From the IMG/VR virus record IMGVR_UViG_3300049259_000288, positions 1 through 64,000 of that record: 64,000 nucleotides of DNA. One strand, written 5' to 3'. Shown here one piece after another: positions 33,472 through 44,000 of the stretch. Numbering within the stretch: the first letter of the stretch is position 1; each line of letters opens with the position of its first letter. The DNA comes from a virus. The notes under the pieces are model-generated. The model ran no database searches, was not told where the DNA came from, and worked only from the letters and a program-made list of their open reading frames with translations. The position numbers and the translations under genes are program-made.

Positions 33472-34407
33472 ATGACCACGGTGACCAAGGTCGACCCCTG
33501 GACCAACAACGAGGAGCGAGCCAAGGCTCGCGCCATCGTCGAGGCCGCCAACCAGGAGGCGCGCGACCGGTGGGAAGATGACGACTTCCACCGGGAGTTC
33601 GCGGCGGTGATGACCACCAACATCTTCGAGGGCTTCCGGCACGAGAACGTGCTCTCGCTGATGACCCAGGTGGAGACGGTCGGGCTCAACGACCGCATCA
33701 CCATCCGCGAGGTGCGCGGCCTCCGGGTGTTCTGGGTCTCGCTGGGTGGCTACATCGAGCAGAGCACCCTGCGTGCTCGCGTGATGGAGCTCACCAAGGA
33801 CCAGGTGGGCTTCCACCTGTCCGAGAACGAGGACAAGATGACGGCGAACTTCGTCGAGTCCTCGGGCGAGATCGAGGACCTGGCCATCCAGACGATGGAT
33901 GCCGCCATGCAGGTCCGCCTGATCTCGATGTTCCAGGTGGCGATCCCCGACACCTCGCCGTACTACATCGAGGGCGCGGGGCTGTCGCTGGCGGCGCTCG
34001 ACACCGCCCTCACCGAGGTCGAGGACGAGACCGAGCTCGACCTGCCGGCCATCATCGGTCGTGCGCCGATGGTCAACCAGATCTTCAACGATCTGCTGGC
34101 CAGCAACAACTTCACGCCGGAGACCAACGAGCAGCTGCTCCGCACCGGCGTCATCGGCATCTACAAGGGTGCCCGCGTCATCCGGCTCCGCAACTTCAAG
34201 AACGACATCGGGACGCCCTACTTCCCGAACAACGAGCTCTACGTCGTCGGACGTGACGCCTCGAAGTTCGGCTTCTGGGGCGGCCTGACCACGAAGGAGT
34301 GGGTGGAGCAGGGCGGCTGGTACTGGCACCTCATGGGTCGCCGGCTGGCCGGTGGGGCGCTCTACCGCCCCGAGCGGGTGCGCCGCATCGTCGACACCTC
34401 GCTCTGA
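33472..34407 (+). CDS. major capsid protein
   Basis: 311 aa; strong RBS; position; HK97-like C-terminal pattern; followed by a hairpin. Confidence 0.75.
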   Translation: MTTVTKVDPWTNNEERAKARAIVEAANQEARDRWEDDDFHREFAAVMTTNIFEGFRHENVLSLMTQVETVGLNDRITIREVRGLRVFWVSLGGYIEQSTLRARVMELTKDQVGFHLSENEDKMTANFVESSGEIEDLAIQTMDAAMQVRLISMFQVAIPDTSPYYIEGAGLSLAALDTALTEVEDETELDLPAIIGRAPMVNQIFNDLLASNNFTPETNEQLLRTGVIGIYKGARVIRLRNFKNDIGTPYFPNNELYVVGRDASKFGFWGGLTTKEWVEQGGWYWHLMGRRLAGGALYRPERVRRIVDTSL

Positions 34408-34420
34408 TCCGAGACGCGAT

Positions 34421-34452
34421 GACCGCCGGCCCCTTCACCGGGGCCGGCTGTC
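34421..34452 (+). terminator. hairpin after the major capsid gene
   Basis: GCCGGCCCC-TTCACC-GGGGCCGGC. Confidence 0.6.
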
Positions 34453-34539
34453 GCGTCCGGGACCATCACGTGCATCTTGGCCATGCTGCGGTAGAACTCG
34501 TCGCTGCGCACGTGCTCAGCGTGCAGACGGAGGACACCT

Positions 34540-35124
34540 ATGGCGACAGAAGTCGACCCCGCAGACCCGTTCGCCGGTCTCGAGGCATGGCAGTACACGG
34601 CGCGCGGCAAGCTCTACCTGCGGAGGTACACCGGCAAGCACGGCGAGGTCTCCTACGAGCCCATCCAGGGCGGGCAGACCTTCCACCTGACGCCGGCGGA
34701 GCGCCACCTCAACAGCGACAAGGTGAAGGACCCGGCCCGGGACCCCTTCCGCAACGGCACCTGCGTGCCGGTGCGCCTGACCGAGGAGACGCCGTCGCGC
34801 GACCGCGAGGCGATCGAGTCGAACCCGACGCTGCTGACCGACGATCAGATCATCGCTCTGTTCTCGAACCGCAAGGGCTCGGCCGAGACGCTCGTCGACA
34901 CGCTGGCCAAGATCGACAACCCGGTGGTGCTCGAGCGCATCCTCAACCTGGCCAACGATGCCGACCTGCCGGGCAGCCGGATCTCGGCCATCAAGTCCAG
35001 GCTCGAGGACGTCAACCCCGGCGTCGCCGGCGAGCGCACGCTCATCGCGGCGGCGAACGAGGTGGACTCGGCCGACATCTACGGCGACACCATGACCGGG
35101 CCGAGGACGGTCACGGCCGACTGA
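34540..35124 (+). CDS. hypothetical protein (head-tail region)
   Basis: GGAGG RBS. Confidence 0.7.
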   Translation: MATEVDPADPFAGLEAWQYTARGKLYLRRYTGKHGEVSYEPIQGGQTFHLTPAERHLNSDKVKDPARDPFRNGTCVPVRLTEETPSRDREAIESNPTLLTDDQIIALFSNRKGSAETLVDTLAKIDNPVVLERILNLANDADLPGSRISAIKSRLEDVNPGVAGERTLIAAANEVDSADIYGDTMTGPRTVTAD

Positions 35125-35164
35125 GCCTGCCGGTCGTCCCGGCTGGCGGGACGAGGAGGATCCC

Positions 35165-35671
35165 GTGGGAGTAGCACTCGCCAACCTGGTGCCGACGCTG
35201 CGGCGGACGGTGAACCCACCCGGACAGGACTTCTATCCGGGGACCGGCCAGGCCGAGTGGCGGGGCCGTCTCGCTGACGCGTTCTGGAAGGCGCGGCTCA
35301 ACGACTTCTTCTCGGGCTACGCCATCAACGAGGACGGCTCCGAGGTCGTGCCGATCGACTCCACCGCCGAGGACCTCGGTCGCGAGCAGCAGGAGCTGAT
35401 CGTGCAGTTCGCCGCGCTCACCGCCATCCGCAACAAGATCCTGTCGCTGCCGACGACCTCGCGGGCCAAGGCGGGGCCGGTCGAGACCGAGACCCAGCGG
35501 TCCGCCGCGGTGCTCGTCCAGATGCTCAAGGACATCACCGCGGAGATGGCCGAGACCCGCCACATCGTGCTCGCCGGCAACGCGCCGCGCGCCGCCACGT
35601 TCTTCGACAGCATGGTGCTCGCCGCCAACCGGCTGGCTGCGAGCTACGACGTCTACGGGTTCGTGACCTGA
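35165..35671 (+). CDS. putative head-to-tail adaptor
   Basis: Position; helical with RAKAGPVETET. Confidence 0.5.
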   Translation: MGVALANLVPTLRRTVNPPGQDFYPGTGQAEWRGRLADAFWKARLNDFFSGYAINEDGSEVVPIDSTAEDLGREQQELIVQFAALTAIRNKILSLPTTSRAKAGPVETETQRSAAVLVQMLKDITAEMAETRHIVLAGNAPRAATFFDSMVLAANRLAASYDVYGFVT

Positions 35672-35672
35672 C

Positions 35673-36122
35673 GTGGCCGAGCCCGACCCGACCGGCAACT
35701 TCAACGCCGCGGAGACGCGCGCCCAGCTGCAGGCGGCGATGCAGCTGGGCCTGCCGAACGACGAGGACCAGCGCCCGACGTTCTACTTCCCGACCGACGA
35801 CTCCTTCGTCGAGGCGTCGATGTCGGGCGCGCCGTGGGACTGGGAGGCCACGCCCCTCGAGAACAACCCCGACCGCGAGCCCGTGCAGGTTCCGTGCGCC
35901 GTGGAGGTCAGCGGCATCGAGATCGACCTGAGCACGGTCGGGCAGTTCAATCCCCAGCGCGCGCGGCTCACGATCCTCGACGAGGACTTCGAGCTCGTGC
36001 GCGGCTTCCACGAGGTGACGATGAGCGGTGCCATCTACCGCTACTCGAAGCTCGTGCAGATCATCGGGCTCTACGACATGGACACCTATATCGTGGAAGT
36101 CCTCGCCCGGGATCGCCCCTGA
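35673..36122 (+). CDS. putative head-to-tail stopper
   Basis: Position; beta-rich. Confidence 0.45.
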   Translation: MAEPDPTGNFNAAETRAQLQAAMQLGLPNDEDQRPTFYFPTDDSFVEASMSGAPWDWEATPLENNPDREPVQVPCAVEVSGIEIDLSTVGQFNPQRARLTILDEDFELVRGFHEVTMSGAIYRYSKLVQIIGLYDMDTYIVEVLARDRP

Positions 36123-36643
36123 TGACCGTCGACTTCACCACCGGCGGCAAGCGCGACCGGCTGATCCGCGACGCCGTGGCCGGCGTGGTCAAGGACGGCA
36201 TCGACTCCCTCGGCTGGCTCAGCGGGACGCGCAAGCACCTGCCGATCAACTGGCGCGATGAGGCGATCACCGAGACCGACACCGTGGTGCCGCTGAACAC
36301 CATCACGCTGGTGTCCGACAGCGAGCGGGACGAGGAGCGCGAGCTCGGCACCAACGCCACCGAGGACCGCTGGTCGTTCTGGGTCGACTTCTACGCCGAG
36401 AACGAGGACATCGGCCGCGAGATGATCGGTGACGTCCGGGACATCCTGCGCGGCAAGTACCCGTCGATCGGGCGGACGGCGCCGGTGGTGCTGGTCTATG
36501 ACCCGCTCTCGGACCCGCCCGAGCTGCTCTTCGGGCTCGAGATCGAGAACGTCGAACCCGACCGGCCGCCCCGGCAGACCCAGCGCCCATTCGAGCAGTT
36601 CTGGTTCACCTGCTCCTTCGATGTGGTCGACGAGCGTGACTGA
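36122..36643 (+). CDS. putative tail terminator
   Basis: Position; FWVDFYA, WFTCSFDV. Confidence 0.5.
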   Translation: MTVDFTTGGKRDRLIRDAVAGVVKDGIDSLGWLSGTRKHLPINWRDEAITETDTVVPLNTITLVSDSERDEERELGTNATEDRWSFWVDFYAENEDIGREMIGDVRDILRGKYPSIGRTAPVVLVYDPLSDPPELLFGLEIENVEPDRPPRQTQRPFEQFWFTCSFDVVDERD

Positions 36644-36929
36644 CGAGCTCGCCAGCCTGGTCGAAGACCGGTCGCGCGCCGCGGTCAAGCGGATCCTGTC
36701 GCTCAAGGAGCGCATTGCGGATCCCCACCTGGAAAAGCGGGACCAGGAGAGGCTTCGTGCGGTCGTCGTCGACGAGATCGGCGAGCTCACGCGCCTGTCC
36801 TCCACGCTGCTGCGTTCGCTGAGCGGCCAGCTCGTGGACGGGTACGCCATGAACCAGATGTGGCTCGAGCAGATCGCCCAGAGCCTGGGCGTCGAGCTCG
36901 AGGAGGTGGAGGGTGCCCGCACCGTATAG
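36636..36929 (+). CDS. hypothetical protein
   Basis: Overlapping ORF. Confidence 0.6.
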   Translation: MTDELASLVEDRSRAAVKRILSLKERIADPHLEKRDQERLRAVVVDEIGELTRLSSTLLRSLSGQLVDGYAMNQMWLEQIAQSLGVELEEVEGARTV

Positions 36930-37851
36930 GCACGCCCGGATGCTCGACGCCCATCTCGTGGCGACGTCGCATGACATGGGCCAGGCCTACAACCTCGCGC
37001 TGGTGGACGCCTTCGTCGCCGCCGTGGAAGCCGCTGGCACTGAGGTCGGCAAGGTCCTGCGCGACATCACCCGTGTCATGGCATCGGGCGTGGGCGATGC
37101 GCAGCTCGCCAAGGCCCACGAGACCATCGCCCGCAAGGGCCAGGACTCGGTGCTGCGCTCCTATGACCAGGTGGTCACCGCGCGCAACAAGCGCCGCCTG
37201 GGGCCCTACCGCGACGTCATCGACCCGCCGTCGCGCCCGCAGAACGTCCGCTTCGCCAACGGCAAGCTGCGCGCGGCACTGGGCGCGGCGGACTTCTGGG
37301 AGGCCGATGCCCACGGCATCCGCTTCATCAACGTCGACATGCTCAACCACCGGGCTCGGCAGTGGGCCCGTCTGTCCGCGGGCGCCGGCGGCCGTGGCGC
37401 GGGCAGCAAGCAGCGGTTCGAGGTGAAGTGGGGCGAGCTCGTGGTGGCGAGCCTCGGGCTGAACATGCGCCCCTCGCCATCCTTCGTGGTCCCGAAGGGC
37501 TACTGGTTCGATCCCGAGTCCGGGCATCCGGTCGGCCCGGGAGCTCGCGGCACGTCCCGCTTCTTCCCCATGGGTGAGGGCCCTCGTTCCGGTGCGCGCT
37601 CTTCTCTCGTCGGCAAGAACGCCGATGGCAAGAAGGTCCGGGTGCCCATGCAGCGTCGACGCGTCTCGAGGGGCATCGAGGCGCGCAACTTCCTCGACGC
37701 CGGCGTGCGGCGCATCGCGCGCGAGATCGGGCCCACCTACGAGCGCGTCCACCGGGAGTGGTTCGAGACCAAGGTCGCGCACGCCCGTCCGGCGTCCCAG
37801 ACCTTCCACGTGACCGTGCGGAAGAACCTGGCATCCGTCGGCGTCCGGTGA
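36913..37851 (+). CDS. putative neck/tail completion protein
   Basis: Basic; GIEARNFLDAG resembles the C-terminus of HK97 gp10-like proteins. Confidence 0.45.
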   Translation: MPAPYRHARMLDAHLVATSHDMGQAYNLALVDAFVAAVEAAGTEVGKVLRDITRVMASGVGDAQLAKAHETIARKGQDSVLRSYDQVVTARNKRRLGPYRDVIDPPSRPQNVRFANGKLRAALGAADFWEADAHGIRFINVDMLNHRARQWARLSAGAGGRGAGSKQRFEVKWGELVVASLGLNMRPSPSFVVPKGYWFDPESGHPVGPGARGTSRFFPMGEGPRSGARSSLVGKNADGKKVRVPMQRRRVSRGIEARNFLDAGVRRIAREIGPTYERVHREWFETKVAHARPASQTFHVTVRKNLASVGVR

Positions 37852-37874
37852 ATCTTCGGCCCTCGGCCGCCGAT
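37849..37874 (+). promoter_or_regulatory. sigma-28-type late promoter (tail operon)
   Basis: TGAA-N16-GCCGAT, GTG 8 nt downstream. Confidence 0.8.
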
Positions 37875-37882
37875 CTGTGAGC

Positions 37883-38149
37883 GTGAACGCTGCAACGCCG
37901 CGCACCGATCAGGCGTTCATCTACGCGCTCTCGGACCCCCGGGACGGCCGGGTTCGGTACGTCGGCAAGACGATCGACGTGGGTCAGCGCCTTGCCGATC
38001 ACATGCAGCCGTCACACTCGGTTGCGCGCGCCTTCGGCACCAGCGGTGCCTACGTCAACCAGATCGTTCACGGGTTGTACCGGCTCGCCGCCGGCGGGCC
38101 GATCCGTGAGTTTGCCGCCGGGCACGTCGCCCAGCCGGCCCAGGTGTAG
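37883..38149 (+). pseudogene. internally deleted GIY-YIG homing endonuclease
   Basis: FIYALSDPRDGRVRYVGKT...RL..H joined directly to an HTH-like VARAFGTS..YVNQIV. Confidence 0.65.
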
Positions 38150-38161
38150 GAGGAATCGGTC

Positions 38162-39379
38162 ATGGCAGTGAAAAGTGGGCAGTTCCTCCACGTCGCGAAC
38201 GGCTACCTCATCGACCGCATCCAGTCCGCTGGGGCGGGGAACCTCAACATCCCCGAGGAGCGGATCTACGAGCTCGGCAACTACAAGACCGTCGGCCTGA
38301 TCCGCGACACCCCGGATCTGGCCTTCGACCTCGAGTCCCTCGACCCCACGGTCGAGATCGAGGCCATCCTCATGGGGATCGACCCCACGACGGTCTCGGC
38401 CGGCGACGAGATCGACTTCGCCGACTGCCAGCCCATCGACATCGTCGCCCCGTTCAAGGACCAGGGCGGCGTGTTCACGACGGTCAAGGGCGTCATCGTC
38501 CCCGAGCTCCGCATGGAGTCGGCGGCCTACCGCGCCGGTGTCCGCCAGAACTTCTCCAAGCAGTTCTCGCTGCGCGGCGACTCGATCTACTACACCCAGG
38601 GCACGCCGTACGCGGCGGTCTACACCGTGCCGGGCTCGGGTGGGACGGGCCCGTACGTGCTGGCGCACACGGCGCTGCCGTACGTCGACAGCCACGGCGA
38701 CACGCGCTACGTCCTCAACGCCCGCCTGGTCTACGCCTCGGGTGCCACGCGCCGGCTGGTGCACGGTGTCGACTACACCGACACCAACGCCAACATCACG
38801 CTGGCTTCGGCGCCGCCGGCGGGCACGCTGCTGCGGGTCGTCTACGGCTCGGCCGCCGCCGCCACCTTCGCCCAGGCGGGGCACCCGACCAGCTCGGTCA
38901 AGCCGGCCGCGGCCCGAGCCCGCAACGTCAAGGTCTACGTCGGCCCGCAGGGTGGTCCGCTCACCCAGTGGCTGGGCGTGCAGACCGTCGAGGCGAACTG
39001 GCGCGTCAACCTCGACCGTGACGAGGAGCTCGGCAACGACCAGATCGTCGCCGCCGACTACGACACCGCCGAGGTCACCGGCAGCCTGGCCGTCCGGGCA
39101 CGGGACGTGGCCTACCTCTTCGACCGCATCGCCGAGGTCACGGACACGGCGAACTCGGGCGTCGTCGCCGGCACGCTGTCGTCGATCCCGCTCGAGGTCG
39201 AGGTGCAGATCGAGAACATCACGACCGGCGACGTCGAGGAGACCCTCTTCGTTCCCGACGCCGTGATCCAGCCGCCAGCCATCCAGGGCCGTGTCCAGCA
39301 GAAGATCGAGACGAGCTTCCCGTTCACCAGCGAGAGCGGAACGCTCCTCGCCTACTCGGGCGAGCGCCCGGCGTCGTAG
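38162..39379 (+). CDS. major tail (tube) protein
   Basis: GGAGG RBS; two tube-like halves (ERIYELGN / DRDEELGN); precedes the chaperone. Confidence 0.75.
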   Translation: MAVKSGQFLHVANGYLIDRIQSAGAGNLNIPEERIYELGNYKTVGLIRDTPDLAFDLESLDPTVEIEAILMGIDPTTVSAGDEIDFADCQPIDIVAPFKDQGGVFTTVKGVIVPELRMESAAYRAGVRQNFSKQFSLRGDSIYYTQGTPYAAVYTVPGSGGTGPYVLAHTALPYVDSHGDTRYVLNARLVYASGATRRLVHGVDYTDTNANITLASAPPAGTLLRVVYGSAAAATFAQAGHPTSSVKPAAARARNVKVYVGPQGGPLTQWLGVQTVEANWRVNLDRDEELGNDQIVAADYDTAEVTGSLAVRARDVAYLFDRIAEVTDTANSGVVAGTLSSIPLEVEVQIENITTGDVEETLFVPDAVIQPPAIQGRVQQKIETSFPFTSESGTLLAYSGERPAS

Positions 39380-39445
39380 TCACTCGAGCAAGACCGGGGC
39401 CTTCGGGCCATGTGCGGCGAGAGCCGTAGGAGAAAGGGGTAGTCC

Positions 39446-40381
39446 ATGGGGAACCGCTCGAAGCAGCGGCGCCTTGGCGATCTGTACGTCATGGGCACGC
39501 CGGTGGAGGTCACCGGCAGGCTCGGTGACGTGACCACCGTCTGGGTGCAGAAGCTCGATCCCGTCGACCACGACACGTGCGTGCGCAAGGCGAAGGCGGC
39601 GCGCGCCCGGGCTCGGGCGTCCTACCGTGACACCGACAGCGAGGAGTACCTCGACGCACGGGACACGGTGGAGTCGATCCCGCGAGAGACCCTGATCGAG
39701 ACCATCATCTCGCCCGAGGTCGACAAGATCCGCGAGTCGGTCCGGGCCGAGCTGTCGATGGGCGAGGACAGCGAGTGGGCCAAGGACGACTACCTCTCCG
39801 GGCTCTACGACGAGTGGGGCGACGCCCTCTCGGCGCGCTACGAGGAGGATCCCGATGATCCCGAGGCGCTCCGCGTGCTCGCCGAGTTCGAGCGGTTCGA
39901 GGCGGCGCTCAAGGAGGCGCTCGACCCCCAGGTCGACGAGCTCCGCACGATGTGGACCGCAGCCGACGAGTCGGCGCTGCAGGAGAAGGCGCTCGAGGTG
40001 CTCATCGAGCGCCAGCTGCAGGAGCGGTGGCTTGAGGAGTTCGTCCGCTCGGAGGTCTGGCTTGCCACGCGAGAAGCCTGCGAGCACTGCCTGAGCGAGA
40101 TCGACGAGGCCCGTCGTCGCATCGACGCTGGCGAGCCGCCCCAGGACGCCAAGAACCTCCACCAGGACCCGCACCCTCGCTACTACTTCGTCGATCGGGT
40201 CGAGGTCGATCGGCTCCCACCGCATGTCCGCTCCTACCTCGAGGCCGTCTACATGCAGGTCGCGGTGGACGCTACGGAGGGAAAAGACTTGCCGGAGACT
40301 GGGGCTTCCTCCGGCTCGTCCGACTCGTCCGAAGCGGAGGAGACACCAGCGTCCTCTGGCCCCGCGGCTGTACCCGCGTAG
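39446..40381 (+). CDS. tail assembly chaperone (G)
   Basis: Between tail tube and tape measure; slippery site near the end. Confidence 0.75.
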   Translation: MGNRSKQRRLGDLYVMGTPVEVTGRLGDVTTVWVQKLDPVDHDTCVRKAKAARARARASYRDTDSEEYLDARDTVESIPRETLIETIISPEVDKIRESVRAELSMGEDSEWAKDDYLSGLYDEWGDALSARYEEDPDDPEALRVLAEFERFEAALKEALDPQVDELRTMWTAADESALQEKALEVLIERQLQERWLEEFVRSEVWLATREACEHCLSEIDEARRRIDAGEPPQDAKNLHQDPHPRYYFVDRVEVDRLPPHVRSYLEAVYMQVAVDATEGKDLPETGASSGSSDSSEAEETPASSGPAAVPA

Positions 40382-40626
40382 AGGACATCCCTTGGGATCT
40401 CGTCAACGCCGTGGACCACGCACACATGGTCCTCAACTGGCACGAGAACCGCCCCAGCAAGGAGATCCCGCCTCGATGGATGTGGCACGTGGACCACGAG
40501 ATCACCGATTGGTTCGAGCGCATCTCCAACGAGCAGGACGCCAAGTCGAACCCGGTCTCGGGTCGCAATGACGAAGAGGCCCCGATGATGACCAACGAGC
40601 TCGCGGCAGGAGTACGAGGTCGATGA
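40279..40626 (+). CDS. tail assembly chaperone -1 frameshift extension (GT)
   Basis: G GGA AAA at 40279-40285; -1 frame open to 40626. Confidence 0.8.
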   Translation, partial: GKRLAGDWGFLRLVRLVRSGGDTSVLWPRGCTRVEDIPWDLVNAVDHAHMVLNWHENRPSKEIPPRWMWHVDHEITDWFERISNEQDAKSNPVSGRNDEEAPMMTNELAAGVRGR

Positions 40627-41090
40627 TCACGAAGGTCTGTACGAAGTGCGGGGTCGAGAAGCCACTCGACTCCTTCGTCACGGAACGACGGACGAAGTCG
40701 GGCCGTGGGGCGCGGTGCCGCGCCTGCCAGTACCTCGCGGTCAAGGACTGGGATCGGCGCCATCCCGAGAAGCGCGCCGAGTACCTGCGGCGTGAGCGCC
40801 AGGTCCGTCCTGAGCGGACCCGGCAGTACAACCGCCAGCGGTGGGCGCGCCGCGCGAACGCCGGCGGGGTGATCCGCGATGCGGATTGGCGGCGGCTTGT
40901 CGATCGGTTCGGTGGTCGCTGCGCGTACTGCGAGCGCCCGGCGACGTCGCAGGATCACGTCGTTCCGCTGAGTCGCGGTGGTCGGCACACGATCGGCAAC
41001 GTGGTCCCGGCGTGCGGGTCCTGCAATAGCAGCAAGGGCAGCCTGCTGCTCGTCGAGTGGCGGTCGCGTCAGATTCGAGAGGCGGCGTAG
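40623..41090 (+). CDS. HNH endonuclease
   Basis: CTKC..CRAC, CAYC, DHVVPLSRGG.H...NVVPAC..CN..K. Confidence 0.88.
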   Translation: MITKVCTKCGVEKPLDSFVTERRTKSGRGARCRACQYLAVKDWDRRHPEKRAEYLRRERQVRPERTRQYNRQRWARRANAGGVIRDADWRRLVDRFGGRCAYCERPATSQDHVVPLSRGGRHTIGNVVPACGSCNSSKGSLLLVEWRSRQIREAA

Positions 41091-41092
41091 CC

Positions 41093-44000
41093 ATGCCTCC
41101 CTCGAACTTCCAGCTGGTCATCGAGGCGCTGCTTCGCACGCCGAACGTGCGCGGCTTCGCTGGCGAGTTCGAGTCGACCATGGCGCGCATCCGCGCCCAG
41201 GCAGCGGCGGGAACGACGACGCCACAGCGGGCGTCGAAGGAGCTTCGCTCCTCAGCGGCCGCCACCGAGGCGGCGATCCAGCTTGAGGGACAGGGAGGGT
41301 TCCTCAGCAGCCAGGAGCAGGATGCGCTCCGCAAGCACTTCCGCCAGCTCTACGCGAACACTGTTCGGGAGACGCGGACGCTACTCGGCAAGGAGGTCAC
41401 CCTTGCCACCCAGAAGCAGGTCGAGACCGAAGCGCGGCGCCAGATCGGCCGCTCGGGAAGTCCGATCGTCCCGTCGCTGCAGACGGACCCCGCTCGCAAC
41501 CAGCCCTCGCTGAGCCCGGCCATCACGCGCATCCAGCGACGGCTGGCCGAGATCGCGCTCACCGACCTCGACTACATCGAGGAGCGCGCCAAGCTCGTCT
41601 CCGCGCTGCGCCGGCTGCGCACGGCAGAGAACGCGGTCGCCGAGGCGCTCGAGAGCCCGGAGGTCCGCGGCGAGCGAGAGTCGGTCCGCGCTGAGCAGGC
41701 GCGCAACCGCCGAGCGGCCGCCCTCGGCGTGCCGGAGAGGTCCGTCGGCCGAGACGCCAACGGCCAGCTGCGGACCGAGACCACCGCGGACTACGAGGCT
41801 CGTCTCGACGCCGCCAAGATCCACCAGGCCAACGTCAAGAAGATCCACACCATCAACACCCTGACCGACGAGCAGAAGCAGCTCCAAGCCGTCGCCAACG
41901 AGGACCAGGCCGCACTCAACCGGGAGATCAAGGAGCGCCAGCTCGCCGAGCGTCGCGCCCGGAACGGTCCCGCCGGCTTCTTCCGCACCGCTCTCAACAT
42001 CGCCCACGGCCGTCCTGGGCGCACGGTGGACGCCGCCGACGAGCAGGGGCCAGTCCAGTTCCTGGCCTCTCGCCTGCTGACCACGGCGTCCTATGGCGCC
42101 TCGGCGGCGCTGCTCTACGGCTTCGTCAACAGCGCCCGGGAGGCCACCAAGCAGGCGCTTGAGCTGCAGCGCGTCACCGAGCGACTGCGGGCCCAGTTCC
42201 AGGCGCTCGGCCAAGGGGATCAGTTCACCGGCTTCCGTCGTTCTCTGCTCAGCATCGCGCGCGACACGGGTGTGGCCGGCAGCGACGTCGTCGAAGTCGG
42301 CCTGCAGATGAAGGGCGCCTTCGGCGACACCGAGCTCGCCGTCCGGCGGACCAGCGAGGCGATCCGGGCGGCCCAGATCTCGGGTCTGCCCCTCGCCGAG
42401 GTCGTCGACTCGCTGACCGCGGCGTCCATCTCCTACGGCGTGTCGATCGACGCCATCTCCGACAAGGCCATCGGCATCGAGCAGCGGTTCGGTGTGCTCG
42501 CTGGCGCGTCGATCAAGTCCTTCGGTGATTTCGCGTCGACGGCGGAGGAAGTCGGGCTCAACCTGAACGAGGTCGCCGGCATCCTCGGCGTGATCAACCA
42601 GCGATCGGGCAAGGGGCTCGGGGCCATCACCGAGGGTCTGTCGCGCGTGCTGCCCCAGGTCCACGACAAGTTCGCCGACATCCTGCTGCTCGCCAACCAG
42701 GACCCGGCGCTCCGTCCGTCGTTGCCGAAGCTGCAGGAGGAGGTCGCCGGCGGCCAGAGCGGTCAGGTGCTCCTCACCCTGGCGGGGGCGTGGGACCACC
42801 TCGGTCGCTCGACGCGATCGACGATCCTCACCATGCTGGGCGCCAGCCGCAACGCCCAGTACCTCATCCCGCTCTTCGAGGGCAACGCCAAGCTGGCGGA
42901 GGAGGCAGCGCGCGCCAACGAGGACGACGGCAAGGCCATCGCCTACCAGGCCGCTCAGCACCGCACGCTCAGCTACGAGCTCGGGCGGCTCCGTGAGCAG
43001 TTCAATCAGATCGCCGGCTCCCTCGGCCGGTTGGGTCTGCTGCAGGGCTTCTCTGCCCTCGCGGGCCTCGCCGTTGGTCTCGCCACCGGCATCGGCACGC
43101 TCGTGCGCATCCTCGCCGACCTGAACGACGCCGCCAATGGCATCCCCTCGAGGCTGCTGGCGATCGCCTTCGCGATGGCTGCTCTCACGAAGGCGGCGGC
43201 CGCCGGCGCGGCTATCCGCACGGTCCTCAGCGGCTACGGCATCGGCATCGGTGGCGTTGGTCGCAGCGCCGCAGAGGGTGAGGAGCTTGCAGCCGCCACC
43301 GGAGGGCGTCTCGCAGGTGCCGGTCGGGGCGCGCTCGCAGCGACCGGACTGCCGGCCATCGGTGGTGCTGTCGGGCGAGGCCTCGGCGCTCTCGGTGCCG
43401 GCGGCGCGGCGGAGGCCATCGCCGGCAGCACGCTGGCCGCCACCGGGGTGGGCGTCCTCGCTGTGGGCGCTGTCGCCGGCGGCCTCTACCTGCTCAGCAA
43501 GTCTCAAGGCGAGCGCGACCGCAAGGAGAAGGCGGCCAACGCCGCCGCCAAGCGCACCATCGACTCGCTGATCCGGACTGGCCGTGTGGCCAACGCAGAG
43601 CTCGACAAGGCCACCAGCGACTTCATCAAGGCCGAACAGGGTGGACCTGGTGGCCCCGAGAAGCTCGGGCCTGGTGAGGCGTATGACCGTCTCGCTGCTG
43701 GCGAACAGCGGCACCCCTCGCGCGACGACAAGCACAAGGGAATCCTCGGCGCCGCCTCGCGTTTCCTCGGCCGCGTCGGTGGACTCGGCAACGTCTTCGG
43801 CAACTCCGATGACAGCGAGGACGTCGGCGACGAGTACAACAAGGCACTCGTCGAGGCGACCGAAAAGCGGTTCAAGGCTGCTGTGGGTCTCGGACTTCTC
43901 GGCAAGCACGCCACCGCTCCTGAGCACCTCTCGGGCAAGAAGCTGCGAGAGGCCGTCGCGTTTCTCCGCGGCCTGTCGACCAAGCAGAAGGGCAAGGTCG

